A stretch of DNA of 64,000 bases from assembly GCA_965262615.1 (NCBI GenBank), contig OZ253545.1, positions 320,001-384,000 of the forward strand, in the 5' to 3' direction. The notes under the pieces were generated by a model. It saw nothing but the letters and a program-made list of their open reading frames with translations, ran no database searches and was not told the origin of the DNA. The translations under genes and the position numbers were made by a program. The stretch's first letter is position 1; every line of letters begins with the position of its first letter. Below are positions 1 through 8,505 of this stretch, piece by piece. Source of the DNA: Alphaproteobacteria bacterium. Lineage in GTDB: Bacteria > Pseudomonadota > Alphaproteobacteria > GM7ARS4 > G965262615.

Positions 1-2113
1 GAAAAGCAAAATCACGACTGACAGCAGGATACGCGGGTCGCTGCCACAGACGCGCGCGCTTGGGTGGTGCATAGCAATAGCGAGGCGTGATGATCTCCAG
101 CATCGCCACATCTTTGGCGAGCTCATGATGCTGACGCAATTGGGGATGAATCATGCCAAAGTGGGCAGTCCATTCATCATCGTCTTGGTGTGAAAATCGC
201 CCGCCCTGTCCACTATGCACATAGGGCGAAAGCGATTGTGTCTGTAATGAGAGATGCTCCAAAGAAATTCCCATGGCATCAATAATTGCCAGCAATTCGC
301 CTTTGATATCAAAGACATCCCATTGCATTTTTTGTTGTCGCCAATGTCTGTTGTGTGCGTCACCCACGCGCACCGCGGCAATGGCTTGATATTCGCGTCC
401 CTCGCGCCAGACGGCTCCCATCTCAAAGAGAGACTGGCGTGCCACGCCATGATCCTGATTATGACGCACCATCTCCAATAGGCGCGGCAGCAGCGATGGT
501 CGTAGCATTTCTTGTCCCTGATGCATGGGATTGGCAAGACGCGTCCCTTCGCCAAAAAACGCTTCATGCTGTGGCGAGATAAAAGACCATCCCATGACTT
601 CGCAAAATCCTCTGCTGGCGAGTTTTTGTTTGAGAGCCAACGCCATCTGCCACTCCTCATTGGTGACGGGCAATCGTCGCCAGTGAAAAAATCGCTCCTC
701 AATGGCATCAAATCCTGTGATGCGCACCAGCTCCCCCACCACATCGGCGGTGCAGGTGATGGCTCTGCGCCAAGACGGCGGCGATACGCTTTTTTGATTG
801 TGCCATGTAAATCCTAATTGAGTGAGGATATGATGTGCCTCCCCATTATCCATGTCTCTGCCGCTCAATGGTGCAATATCCTGATGACAAAACGAAACGG
901 CGGGTGGAACAGATGGCTCTTGCCCCGCGCTCACCACCGATGATGCCGTTCCACCACACACAGAAAGAATCAGTGATGTCGCGGCATCCAAACTGGGCAG
1001 CACCGATGCGCCATCGGCATGACGCTCAAAGCGATAGCGAGACTCGCTGTCAATTCCCAATTGTCGCCCCGCTCGCGCCACAGATTTTGCGTCAAAATAG
1101 GCACTTTCTAAAAAAATCCACTCACTGCCCTCATGAATACCACTGCGCGCCCCTCCCATGACTCCCGCCAGAGACACAACGCCATCACCGCTCGCCACCA
1201 CCGTCATGCCCTCATCCAGTGCATATGTCTCCCCATCCAATGCCACAAAAGACTCCCCCTGAGAGGCGCGCCGCACCTCAAGACCTTTGGCAACCGCCTT
1301 GCCATCAAAGGCATGAAGGGGATGACCATAGGTGAGCATGATGTAATTGGTGATGTCCACCACGGGCGAGATGGAACGCATCCCCGCCGCCAGCAATGCC
1401 ATGCGTAGCCACAACGGAGACATGCCCCCCGCCCGATTGAGACGAATGACTCGTCCAGTGAAATAATCACAGCCACAATCGCGCGCCAATGATACCGTGA
1501 CTTCAGACTTGCCGTCAGAAACAACAGGCGGTGTGTGACGGGCTTTGAGTTTTCCCGCGCCCGCCGCCGCCACATCACGCGCCACTCCATAAATTGAGGC
1601 AGCATCACCGCGATCGGGTGTCAGGGCAATGACAAAAATGGGCGCAGCGGCATGACTCAACACCGTTGCCACATCATCGTCAACCGAGACATCATTTCCC
1701 AAATCAATGATGCCAGAGGCATCCTCACCAATGCCCAATTCATCACAGGAACACAGCATTCCCTCACTGACCACCGAGCGAATCTCCCGCTTTTCTATGG
1801 TGAGACCAGACGGCAGCACCGAGCCTAACGGTGCATAAACGCTTCTCATGGACACGCGCACATTGGGCGCGCCACAGACAACCGAGTAAGAAGATGAGCC
1901 ATCATGCACCTCGCACAACGATAAACGATCACTATGTGGATGAGGCATCGTTTTCGTCACCTGTGCCACGCGCAAAGAGGACAAATCAGGTGGCATGATG
2001 ACCGACTCCACCTCCAACCCCATGGCGGTCAGCAGTGATGCCAGATCATCACAATCGGAGGCTTTGGGGGTCAAATCAATGTGCTCACGCAGCCACGAAA
2101 GAGGAACTCTCAT
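1..2113 (-). CDS. pheT: Phenylalanine--tRNA ligase beta subunit (runs off window start)
   Basis: Not in ORF track. Manual reading from ATG at 2113 gives MRVPLSWLREHID...GLEVE..., then HPHSDRL, VVCGAPNV, SEGMLCS. Directly downstream of pheS. Confidence 0.95.
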   Translation of the reverse strand, partial: MRVPLSWLREHIDLTPKASDCDDLASLLTAMGLEVESVIMPPDLSSLRVAQVTKTMPHPHSDRLSLCEVHDGSSSYSVVCGAPNVRVSMRSVYAPLGSVLPSGLTIEKREIRSVVSEGMLCSCDELGIGEDASGIIDLGNDVSVDDDVATVLSHAAAPIFVIALTPDRGDAASIYGVARDVAAAGAGKLKARHTPPVVSDGKSEVTVSLARDCGCDYFTGRVIRLNRAGGMSPLWLRMALLAAGMRSISPVVDITNYIMLTYGHPLHAFDGKAVAKGLEVRRASQGESFVALDGETYALDEGMTVVASGDGVVSLAGVMGGARSGIHEGSEWIFLESAYFDAKSVARAGRQLGIDSESRYRFERHADGASVLPSLDAATSLILSVCGGTASSVVSAGQEPSVPPAVSFCHQDIAPLSGRDMDNGEAHHILTQLGFTWHNQKSVSPPSWRRAITCTADVVGELVRITGFDAIEERFFHWRRLPVTNEEWQMALALKQKLASRGFCEVMGWSFISPQHEAFFGEGTRLANPMHQGQEMLRPSLLPRLLEMVRHNQDHGVARQSLFEMGAVWREGREYQAIAAVRVGDAHNRHWRQQKMQWDVFDIKGELLAIIDAMGISLEHLSLQTQSLSPYVHSGQGGRFSHQDDDEWTAHFGMIHPQLRQHHELAKDVAMLEIITPRYCYAPPKRARLWQRPAYPAVSRDFAF

Positions 2114-2125
2114 GTGTCACTCCTC

Positions 2126-3181
2126 TCACAAGGCAAAGGGAGAAAATCCGTAATGCTGACTCCACGCCAAGTCACCATCAAAAAAGGCACGCAAATCCGC
2201 CATGCCATATTTCAGCATGGCAAGACGCTCAATTCCCAATCCAAACGCAAAACCGCGATAGCGGGAGACATCAACATTCCCATGACGCAGCACATTTTCA
2301 TGCACCATGCCACACCCCAGCACTTCCATCCAGTCATCGCCTCCCAGCACAACCCCCTCTGATGTGTGACGGCAGCCGATGTCTATTTCCGCCGACGGCG
2401 AGGTGAACGGAAAAAAAGACGGACGCATCCGCAAAGGCAATTCATCCCAAGCAAAAAAGGCGCGACAAAAATCATGCAAGCATCCCTTCAAATCCGCCAT
2501 CGTCACATTCTCGTCCACCACCAACCCCTCCAATTGATGAAACATCGGCGTATGAGTGGTATCGGAATCACGGCGATAGGTGCGCCCCGGTGCCACAATG
2601 GCAAGGGGCGCGCCGTGAAGACGCAACGCCCGCATCTGAACAGGAGATGTGTGTGTGCGCAGTAATAAGGCGTTGCCATCATCATCGTGAAGGTTGAGGT
2701 AGAAAGTATCATGCATTTCACGGGCAGGGTGGTCGGCGGGAATGTTGAGGGAGGTAAAATTATGAAAATCATCCTCCACCTCAGGACCCTGCATCACACT
2801 GAATCCCATCTGCTGAAAAATCGTGGTGACCTCCCGCATCACATGAGTGACGGGATGAAGCCGTCCCTCTTGCACAGTGAGAGCGGGCAAGGTGACATCC
2901 ACCGCTTGTTCCTGCAGTTGTCGCTCCATGTTCTCAGCGGCGATTCTTTTTTGAGCTTGTGCGAAAGCGTCTTGAATTGTTTTTTGTGCCTGATGGCAGT
3001 CGGCAGCGCGCTGCGGACGCTCATCGGCACTGATATCCCGCAGCCCTCGTAATTGAAGCGTCAGCGTTCCTTTTTTTCCTAAATACTGATTGCGTTTGAG
3101 ATTGAGCTGATGGGGGTCTGAGACGGACTGAGCATCTTCGCACGCCTGCCGCACCATCGCTGCCAGATTTGCACCCGCCAT
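2126..3181 (-). CDS. pheS: Phenylalanine--tRNA ligase alpha subunit
   Basis: HPAREMHDTFY, LLRTHTSPVQ, HTPMFHQLEG, GFAFGLGIERLAML motifs. Confidence 0.98.
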   Translation of the reverse strand: MAGANLAAMVRQACEDAQSVSDPHQLNLKRNQYLGKKGTLTLQLRGLRDISADERPQRAADCHQAQKTIQDAFAQAQKRIAAENMERQLQEQAVDVTLPALTVQEGRLHPVTHVMREVTTIFQQMGFSVMQGPEVEDDFHNFTSLNIPADHPAREMHDTFYLNLHDDDGNALLLRTHTSPVQMRALRLHGAPLAIVAPGRTYRRDSDTTHTPMFHQLEGLVVDENVTMADLKGCLHDFCRAFFAWDELPLRMRPSFFPFTSPSAEIDIGCRHTSEGVVLGGDDWMEVLGCGMVHENVLRHGNVDVSRYRGFAFGLGIERLAMLKYGMADLRAFFDGDLAWSQHYGFSPFAL

Positions 3182-3185
3182 GGAT

Positions 3186-3545
3186 TTAGGAAGCCATCTG
3201 ACGGCGCGCTTTTTCCACTAATGACGCAAAAGTCTGAGGCTCTCGCACAGCCAATTCCGCCAGCATCTTGCGATTAACGACAACGCCACTTTGCTGCAAG
3301 GCATGGATGAATTGTCCATAGGGGATTCCATGGGCTCGCCCTGCGGCATTGATGCGGGCAATCCAAAGGCGGCGCATGTCGCGCTTGCGGCGGCGGCGAT
3401 CTCGATAGCTGTATTGCCATGATTTCTCCAGACGCTGCAGTGCGGTGCGAAAATTAGAATGTGCCCGCCCGCGAAAACCCTTTGCCGCCCGCAAGACGCG
3501 CTTGCGCCGAGCCCGTGAGGCAACCGCATTAGTCGCACGAGTCAT
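3186..3545 (-). CDS. rplT: 50S ribosomal protein L20
   Basis: AKGFRG, YRDRRRRKRDMRRLWIARINAA, NRKMLAELAV; rpmI-rplT-pheS synteny. Confidence 0.98.
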   Translation of the reverse strand: MTRATNAVASRARRKRVLRAAKGFRGRAHSNFRTALQRLEKSWQYSYRDRRRRKRDMRRLWIARINAAGRAHGIPYGQFIHALQQSGVVVNRKMLAELAVREPQTFASLVEKARRQMAS

Positions 3546-3748
3546 GATGACACTCCATACGGCATAAAGCGTTTGAGACGCTTGCTATCGCAATGAGCGG
3601 CAATCGCACCGCCGCGACTCTGACGCTTCATCTTTTGCGTCCGCTTAATCAAATTGTGACGCCGACCAGACCGATACATCCGCACCAATCCACGCGCCGT
3701 CACGCCGAAACGCTTTTTGACACCGCTCTTTGTTTTCATTTTAGGCAT
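3542..3748 (-). CDS. rpmI: 50S ribosomal protein L35
   Basis: MPKMKTKSGVKKRF...MPYG; start set at ATG 3748. Confidence 0.96.
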   Translation of the reverse strand: MPKMKTKSGVKKRFGVTARGLVRMYRSGRRHNLIKRTQKMKRQSRGGAIAAHCDSKRLKRFMPYGVSS

Positions 3749-3796
3749 GGGACAAGTTATACCATCTTCGCCACAGAACACAAGACACCAAAACCG

Positions 3797-4351
3797 TCAT
3801 GATTTATGAGGAGCGATGACCATGCACATTTGCCGTCCTTCATTTTGTGGCGGCGATTCAATTTTAATTTTGCCTTCAAGAGACTGAGTCAATTTATTGA
3901 GAACCTGCTCTCCGAGATCTCGCCGTGAGAGTTCTCGTCCGCGAAAGCGCACTGTCAGTTTGATTTTATCGCCGGCATCTAAAAATCGTTCTGCGGCTCG
4001 TTTTTTGACATCAAAGTCGTGACGATCAATCCCGGGGCGCAGCTTGATTTCTTTGACAACGGTGACTTTTTGTTTGCGGCGCGCTTCGGACTTTTTCTTT
4101 TGTTGCTGATAGCGAAACTTCCCATAATCCAAAATCTTGCACACAGGAGGATCAGCCAGAGGCGAGACTTCCACCAGATCAAGATTTTCTTGCCCCGCAC
4201 GCGCCAAGGCTTCCTCGCGAGAAATAACGCCGAGCATCTCGCCATTGGCATCCAGCACCCGCACCCGCATCGCTTTGATGGCATCATTGATGCGCAATTG
4301 ACTCTTATCATTGCCCTTGAAGGGTGGCTTGGGGGGAATGGGACGCATCAT
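3797..4351 (-). CDS. infC: Translation initiation factor IF-3
   Basis: LDLVEVSP, PPVCKILDYGKFRY, KEIKLRPGI, RFRGRE. Confidence 0.98.
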   Translation of the reverse strand: MMRPIPPKPPFKGNDKSQLRINDAIKAMRVRVLDANGEMLGVISREEALARAGQENLDLVEVSPLADPPVCKILDYGKFRYQQQKKKSEARRKQKVTVVKEIKLRPGIDRHDFDVKKRAAERFLDAGDKIKLTVRFRGRELSRRDLGEQVLNKLTQSLEGKIKIESPPQNEGRQMCMVIAPHKS

Positions 4352-6357
4352 CTTCGCTGAACGATGGACATGGCACGAGGCGCAGGCATCTGAGACTCTT
4401 GGGATAACAGGATCGCGGCTTGCTCAAGAGGGAGCGTCTGTTGTGCCGACCCACCCAAACGGCGCAAAGTCACACTGCCATCGCGCTCTTCGTTGCCGCC
4501 AACAATCGCAATCACGGGGCATTTTTCATGACTGTGTTCTCTGATTTTATAACTGATTTTCTCTGAGCGCGCATCTTGTTCAACAAAAAGATGGTGAGAG
4601 GCAAAGACTTGAGACACTCGCGTGGCATAATCGTCATAATCATTGGTGACCGATGCCACCACAACATGACACGGCGACAACCAAAAAGGCAAATGACCGC
4701 CATAATGCTCAAGAATGATGCCAATAAAACGCTCCAAAGAGCCAAACAATGCCCGATGCAGCATCACGGGATGATGTTTTTCACCATCCGCGCCCACATA
4801 ATGAGCATGCAATCGTTGCGGCAGACTCATATCCACCTGCAATGTGCCGCACTGCCAGTGACGACCCAAACTGTCCAAAAGCACAAACTCAATCTTAGGA
4901 CCATAAAACGCCCCCTCGCCATGATTGACCTCATAGGACAAATCAAGCGATTGCAATGACGACTGCAAAGATTGTTCCAACACATCCCAACTGGCATCAT
5001 CGCCGATGCGTTTGGCGGGACGGTCGGCAAATTTAATCAGGACATTCTCAAAGCCAAAATCTTTATAAATGGACAAAGTGAGTTCAATCACCTTGCGACA
5101 TTCCTCCTGCATTTGTTCAAAGGTGCAATAGATGTGCGCGTCATCTTGTGTGAAGGCGCGCACGCGCATCAATCCATGCAGAGCTCCCGAGGGCTCATAG
5201 CGATGCACTTTGCCGAATTCGGCGATGCGCCGCGGCAAATCGCGATAGCTCACCATGCCCTGACGATACACCTGCATGCCGCCGGGGCAATTCATGGGTT
5301 TGACGGCAAAGATGCGCCCGTCTTCGGTCTCGGTGGTAAACATATGTTCTCTAAATGTTTCCCAGTGACCCGATGCCTCCCACAAGGAGCGATCCAGCAC
5401 TTCGGGGGTATTGATTTCTTCATAACCGGCTTCGTTTTGTCGCCGCCGCAGATAGGATATCAAGGTGCGAAAAAGACGAGACCCGCGATCATGCCAAAAG
5501 ACAGCACCAGGGGCTTCTTCTTGAAAATGAAACAATTTCATCTGACGACCCAACAGGCGATGATCGCGTCTTGCGGCTTCTTCCAAGCGATGCAGATAAG
5601 CATCAAGGTCTTTTTGCCGATGCCATGCGGTGCCATAAATGCGCTGCAACATGGGACGGGTGGAATCGCCTCGCCAATACGCGCCGGCAACCTTCATCAA
5701 TTTGAAGGCATGACCGCTCTGTCCCGTTGTGGCAAAATGAGGCCCGCGACACAAATCAATAAAGTCGCCCTGACGATACATGAGCAACGATTCATCGGCA
5801 GGAATGGCATCTAAAATTTCTAATTTGTAGGCATTGCCGCGTTCGTGATAAAAACGGCGAATGTCTTCCCTGTGCCATTCCTCACGACTGATGGTGTCAT
5901 TGCGTTTGACAATATCATGCATGCGTTTTTCGATGTGCTCCAGATCCTGAGGCGTGAAGGCTTCCTCACGGGCAAAATCGTAATAGAAGCCATCATCAAT
6001 GACGGGCCCAATGGTGGGCGATGCGTCTTCATAGAGTTCCATCACCGCTTGTGCCATGATGTGTGCCATATCATGACGCAAAATCTCCAAACAGGATTCA
6101 TCGTCCGCCGTCAGCAATTGCAAGCGGCAATCGTGTCGTAGGGAGATGGAGAGATCGGTGAGTTGGTCATCCACCCGAGCGGCGCGGCAGCGGCGTTGCA
6201 ACGAGGGACTGATTGCCTCGGCAACCTCCAGCGGCGTGATGCCTTGAGAAAAAGAGTGACGGGTTCCGTCGGCGAGGGTCACGGCAATCGCTTCGGACTG
6301 CTCTGCCAAAGACGCAGGAAAACTCGTTACGAAATCGAGCTTCATGAAAATGAGCAA
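4348..6357 (-). CDS. thrS: Threonine--tRNA ligase
   Basis: GFYYDF, DLCRGPH, GAYWRGD, RDHR, KPMNCP, FTQDDAH, GAFYGPK; exact start uncertain. Confidence 0.98.
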   Translation of the reverse strand: MLIFMKLDFVTSFPASLAEQSEAIAVTLADGTRHSFSQGITPLEVAEAISPSLQRRCRAARVDDQLTDLSISLRHDCRLQLLTADDESCLEILRHDMAHIMAQAVMELYEDASPTIGPVIDDGFYYDFAREEAFTPQDLEHIEKRMHDIVKRNDTISREEWHREDIRRFYHERGNAYKLEILDAIPADESLLMYRQGDFIDLCRGPHFATTGQSGHAFKLMKVAGAYWRGDSTRPMLQRIYGTAWHRQKDLDAYLHRLEEAARRDHRLLGRQMKLFHFQEEAPGAVFWHDRGSRLFRTLISYLRRRQNEAGYEEINTPEVLDRSLWEASGHWETFREHMFTTETEDGRIFAVKPMNCPGGMQVYRQGMVSYRDLPRRIAEFGKVHRYEPSGALHGLMRVRAFTQDDAHIYCTFEQMQEECRKVIELTLSIYKDFGFENVLIKFADRPAKRIGDDASWDVLEQSLQSSLQSLDLSYEVNHGEGAFYGPKIEFVLLDSLGRHWQCGTLQVDMSLPQRLHAHYVGADGEKHHPVMLHRALFGSLERFIGIILEHYGGHLPFWLSPCHVVVASVTNDYDDYATRVSQVFASHHLFVEQDARSEKISYKIREHSHEKCPVIAIVGGNEERDGSVTLRRLGGSAQQTLPLEQAAILLSQESQMPAPRAMSIVQRR

Positions 6358-6417
6358 ATGCCCATATCAAGTGGGCATAAAAGCGGAGCGGATAAGCGAA
6401 ATAGTCATAACGCCTCT

Positions 6418-6447
6418 ATTGTGTGCAGACAATTCACCATTCGTCAA
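6418..6447 (-). promoter_or_regulatory. Putative sigma70 promoter of the thrS-infC-rpmI-rplT-pheST operon
   Basis: TTGACG-N18-CACAAT on the minus strand just upstream of thrS. Confidence 0.4.
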
Positions 6448-6459
6448 GGCGAAAAAAAT

Positions 6460-7354
6460 GGGAACTATCCATAATTTTACTCATATTCACTTTTTCTTTG
6501 ATTGTTTTTCAATCAAGAATTTTTTCCCAGCTCCTGTAAGCTGAGGAATATAAGGAATGGCATTAGGGTCTCTTGTGCGAAAATACCTTTTAGCGTGTTT
6601 GGGTATCCACTCCTTATCCAAAAAATCAATGTAAGTCGGCAAAAGATTGACAGGATATTGTCTCGCGGGAAATTCCCCCTGCGGTGTCCAGTGCAAATAG
6701 TAAAGATGGACATCCTCAAAGCTGTTTTTTTTGAGATAGTCAGAAAACAGGCGTCCGACACTAACGTCAGGTCTTATCTCTTTATCATCGTCAGACCTAT
6801 CTCTTATTATATGCCCTAATTGTTCAAACCTCCCATACAGGCGAATTCCCAATTCGCTTATAATAGAAAAGTAACCATCCGCGGTTCTATCCCAATTGTT
6901 GTTGAATCTCCGCACAAAAGCCTTTCCCCCCAAACTATAAGACCCCGTGCGTCTAATTGCGGGCAAAACTTCATGTGTAACCCATCTCTTGAATTTCTTT
7001 GCACCTTCCTTTCTGCTTTGGAAAATGAGCTGGTAAAGACCCGCCTCATTCGTGATGTTGAATGTTTGTTTGCGACCCATATCATCTATGCCGTCAGTAG
7101 TACTGACATCATCTTTTTCTAAAGAGCGTGCAACTTCACGCGAATTTGAAAGCCCCAATGCCTTGCAAATGTCAGCAATGTAAAACCACAGCTCGCCATT
7201 CACCTCAACGGTTCTAAAGGGGTATGAGGAATCTACTTCTTCTTGATATAGGAAAATTTGCAATTCACCTTGCATTCTTGGTCACCAAATTCTTACGCCG
7301 TGATTTTAATGTAGTGGCTATCAAAAAATAGAGGAAAAATGGGCGATAATTCCC
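6460..7354. mobile_element. Transposase-less cassette with IS1595-like ends carrying a Bro-N gene
   Basis: Imperfect terminal inverted repeats GGGAACTATCC.. / GGGAATTATCG.. (19/28 identical). Flanking 8-mers AAAAAAAT (6452-6459) and AAAAACAT (7355-7362) match 7/8. Interior is AT-richer than its flanks. Left end is 19/25 identical to the end at 39874. Confidence 0.7.
6487..7275 (-). CDS. Bro-N domain protein with a BstA-like C-terminal domain (putative phage-related/defence protein)
   Basis: Bro-N: WFYIADICKALG, NEAGLYQLIFQSRKEGAKKFKRWVTHEVLPAIRRTGSY. C-terminus has GYFSIISE..PDVSVG..ARQYP (BstA-like assignment from recall). Confidence 0.85.
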   Translation of the reverse strand: MQGELQIFLYQEEVDSSYPFRTVEVNGELWFYIADICKALGLSNSREVARSLEKDDVSTTDGIDDMGRKQTFNITNEAGLYQLIFQSRKEGAKKFKRWVTHEVLPAIRRTGSYSLGGKAFVRRFNNNWDRTADGYFSIISELGIRLYGRFEQLGHIIRDRSDDDKEIRPDVSVGRLFSDYLKKNSFEDVHLYYLHWTPQGEFPARQYPVNLLPTYIDFLDKEWIPKHAKRYFRTRDPNAIPYIPQLTGAGKKFLIEKQSKKK

Positions 7355-7361
7355 AAAAACA

Positions 7362-7706
7362 TCAAAAGCAGGCGAGTTCCGCCGCCGCCATGGCGCGATA
7401 CAATTTGTCCAAAGGCCTCTTGGAGAGACCCACTCCCTGATATGCCTCACTGCGAGGCGAATTGCCCAGCTGCACCCGCACCAAAGCTTCGGCTTGGGCA
7501 TACTCTTTATATGACAAGCGGGCGGCTATCTTATCAATGGCGCACGAGCATCGTCTGATAAAATTGGGCGAGGCTTGATTGGCACTCATGCACGCAAACA
7601 CATACTCCGACCGCACCGCAGTGGGAAAATCATTAACGGTGCGCTCGCGTGATTCTCCAGAAAGGGGAGTCACCATCAAACAAATCAAAAGGGTGTATTT
7701 TTTCAT
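7362..7706 (-). CDS. Small exported Cys-containing protein of the type found in PQQ alcohol-dehydrogenase gene clusters
   Basis: Signal peptide; NDFPT..R.EYVFACM..N...RCSCAID; C-terminal CF. Confidence 0.65.
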   Translation of the reverse strand: MKKYTLLICLMVTPLSGESRERTVNDFPTAVRSEYVFACMSANQASPNFIRRCSCAIDKIAARLSYKEYAQAEALVRVQLGNSPRSEAYQGVGLSKRPLDKLYRAMAAAELACF

Positions 7707-7709
7707 AAT

Positions 7710-8444
7710 CTAACCTCGTGTCATTTCTTCCAGAGAGCGAAAGGTGATGCGATCTTCCCAGAGAAGTTGTCCTTTGTCATCCTTGGTGAAGGTTCGCAAT
7801 TGATAAAAGTAACCGGGCACTTCAGCCGACATGACAAAGATATAAGCTTTGTCGCGATACTTTTCAAACCTTTTACTCAAATCACCCGAAGCAAAGGGGC
7901 GAATGGTGATGCGCACCCCTTCCACATCTTTGCCTTCAAATGGAAATCGTATCCTTTCTGCCTCGGCTGACGCAAGAGAATGGCGAATACGGGAGCGAAA
8001 AAACAGCGTGCTCCCTCCCGTGATGCGATTCATTTCGCGCGCATCACGCTCTAAAAAAAGCATGAAGAGCGGATTGGCGTGCATCTGGTCTCTGGGAGGA
8101 AATCTGACTCGTTTGCGTCCTTTGAGAAAGCGAAAGGTGAGGTCTTTGCGCCCATCCTTGTGAATGCGATTGACATTGACCATCACCCGTCCCTGATAAT
8201 CCTCATCATACTGTCCCTGATGAAGAAAATCGTAATTAAGACGAGAAGGCGCGGTGATGTTATCAAGGGTGTTTTGCACAAACAGCAAGCGATTGGCAGA
8301 CGAGAGCTGTTCTATTTGGTCTTGAGCGTATTCATCGGCGATTTGATCCCAATCGTCGGTGTCATAGTTTTGCGCGCCGCTGGGGGTCGCGACGAGCAGA
8401 AAAAAGATTGCAACAGGAAGCCACATTGTCAAAATCACTCTCAT
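7710..8444 (-). CDS. Exported conserved hypothetical protein (PQQ-dehydrogenase cluster associated)
   Basis: Signal peptide; NPLFMLFLERDAREMNRITGGS..FRSRIR motif; paired with the previous gene. Confidence 0.6.
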   Translation of the reverse strand: MRVILTMWLPVAIFFLLVATPSGAQNYDTDDWDQIADEYAQDQIEQLSSANRLLFVQNTLDNITAPSRLNYDFLHQGQYDEDYQGRVMVNVNRIHKDGRKDLTFRFLKGRKRVRFPPRDQMHANPLFMLFLERDAREMNRITGGSTLFFRSRIRHSLASAEAERIRFPFEGKDVEGVRITIRPFASGDLSKRFEKYRDKAYIFVMSAEVPGYFYQLRTFTKDDKGQLLWEDRITFRSLEEMTRG

Positions 8445-8505
8445 GGGTTAAGATAGCACTCTCGGAGGATAATGCCAATTCCTTTGGCAATCAAGAGGGA
8501 GAAAA

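Noticed and set aside
6487-7275. Prophage remnant
   Set aside because: No integrase, structural or other phage genes adjacent; the boundaries look like IS-type ends.
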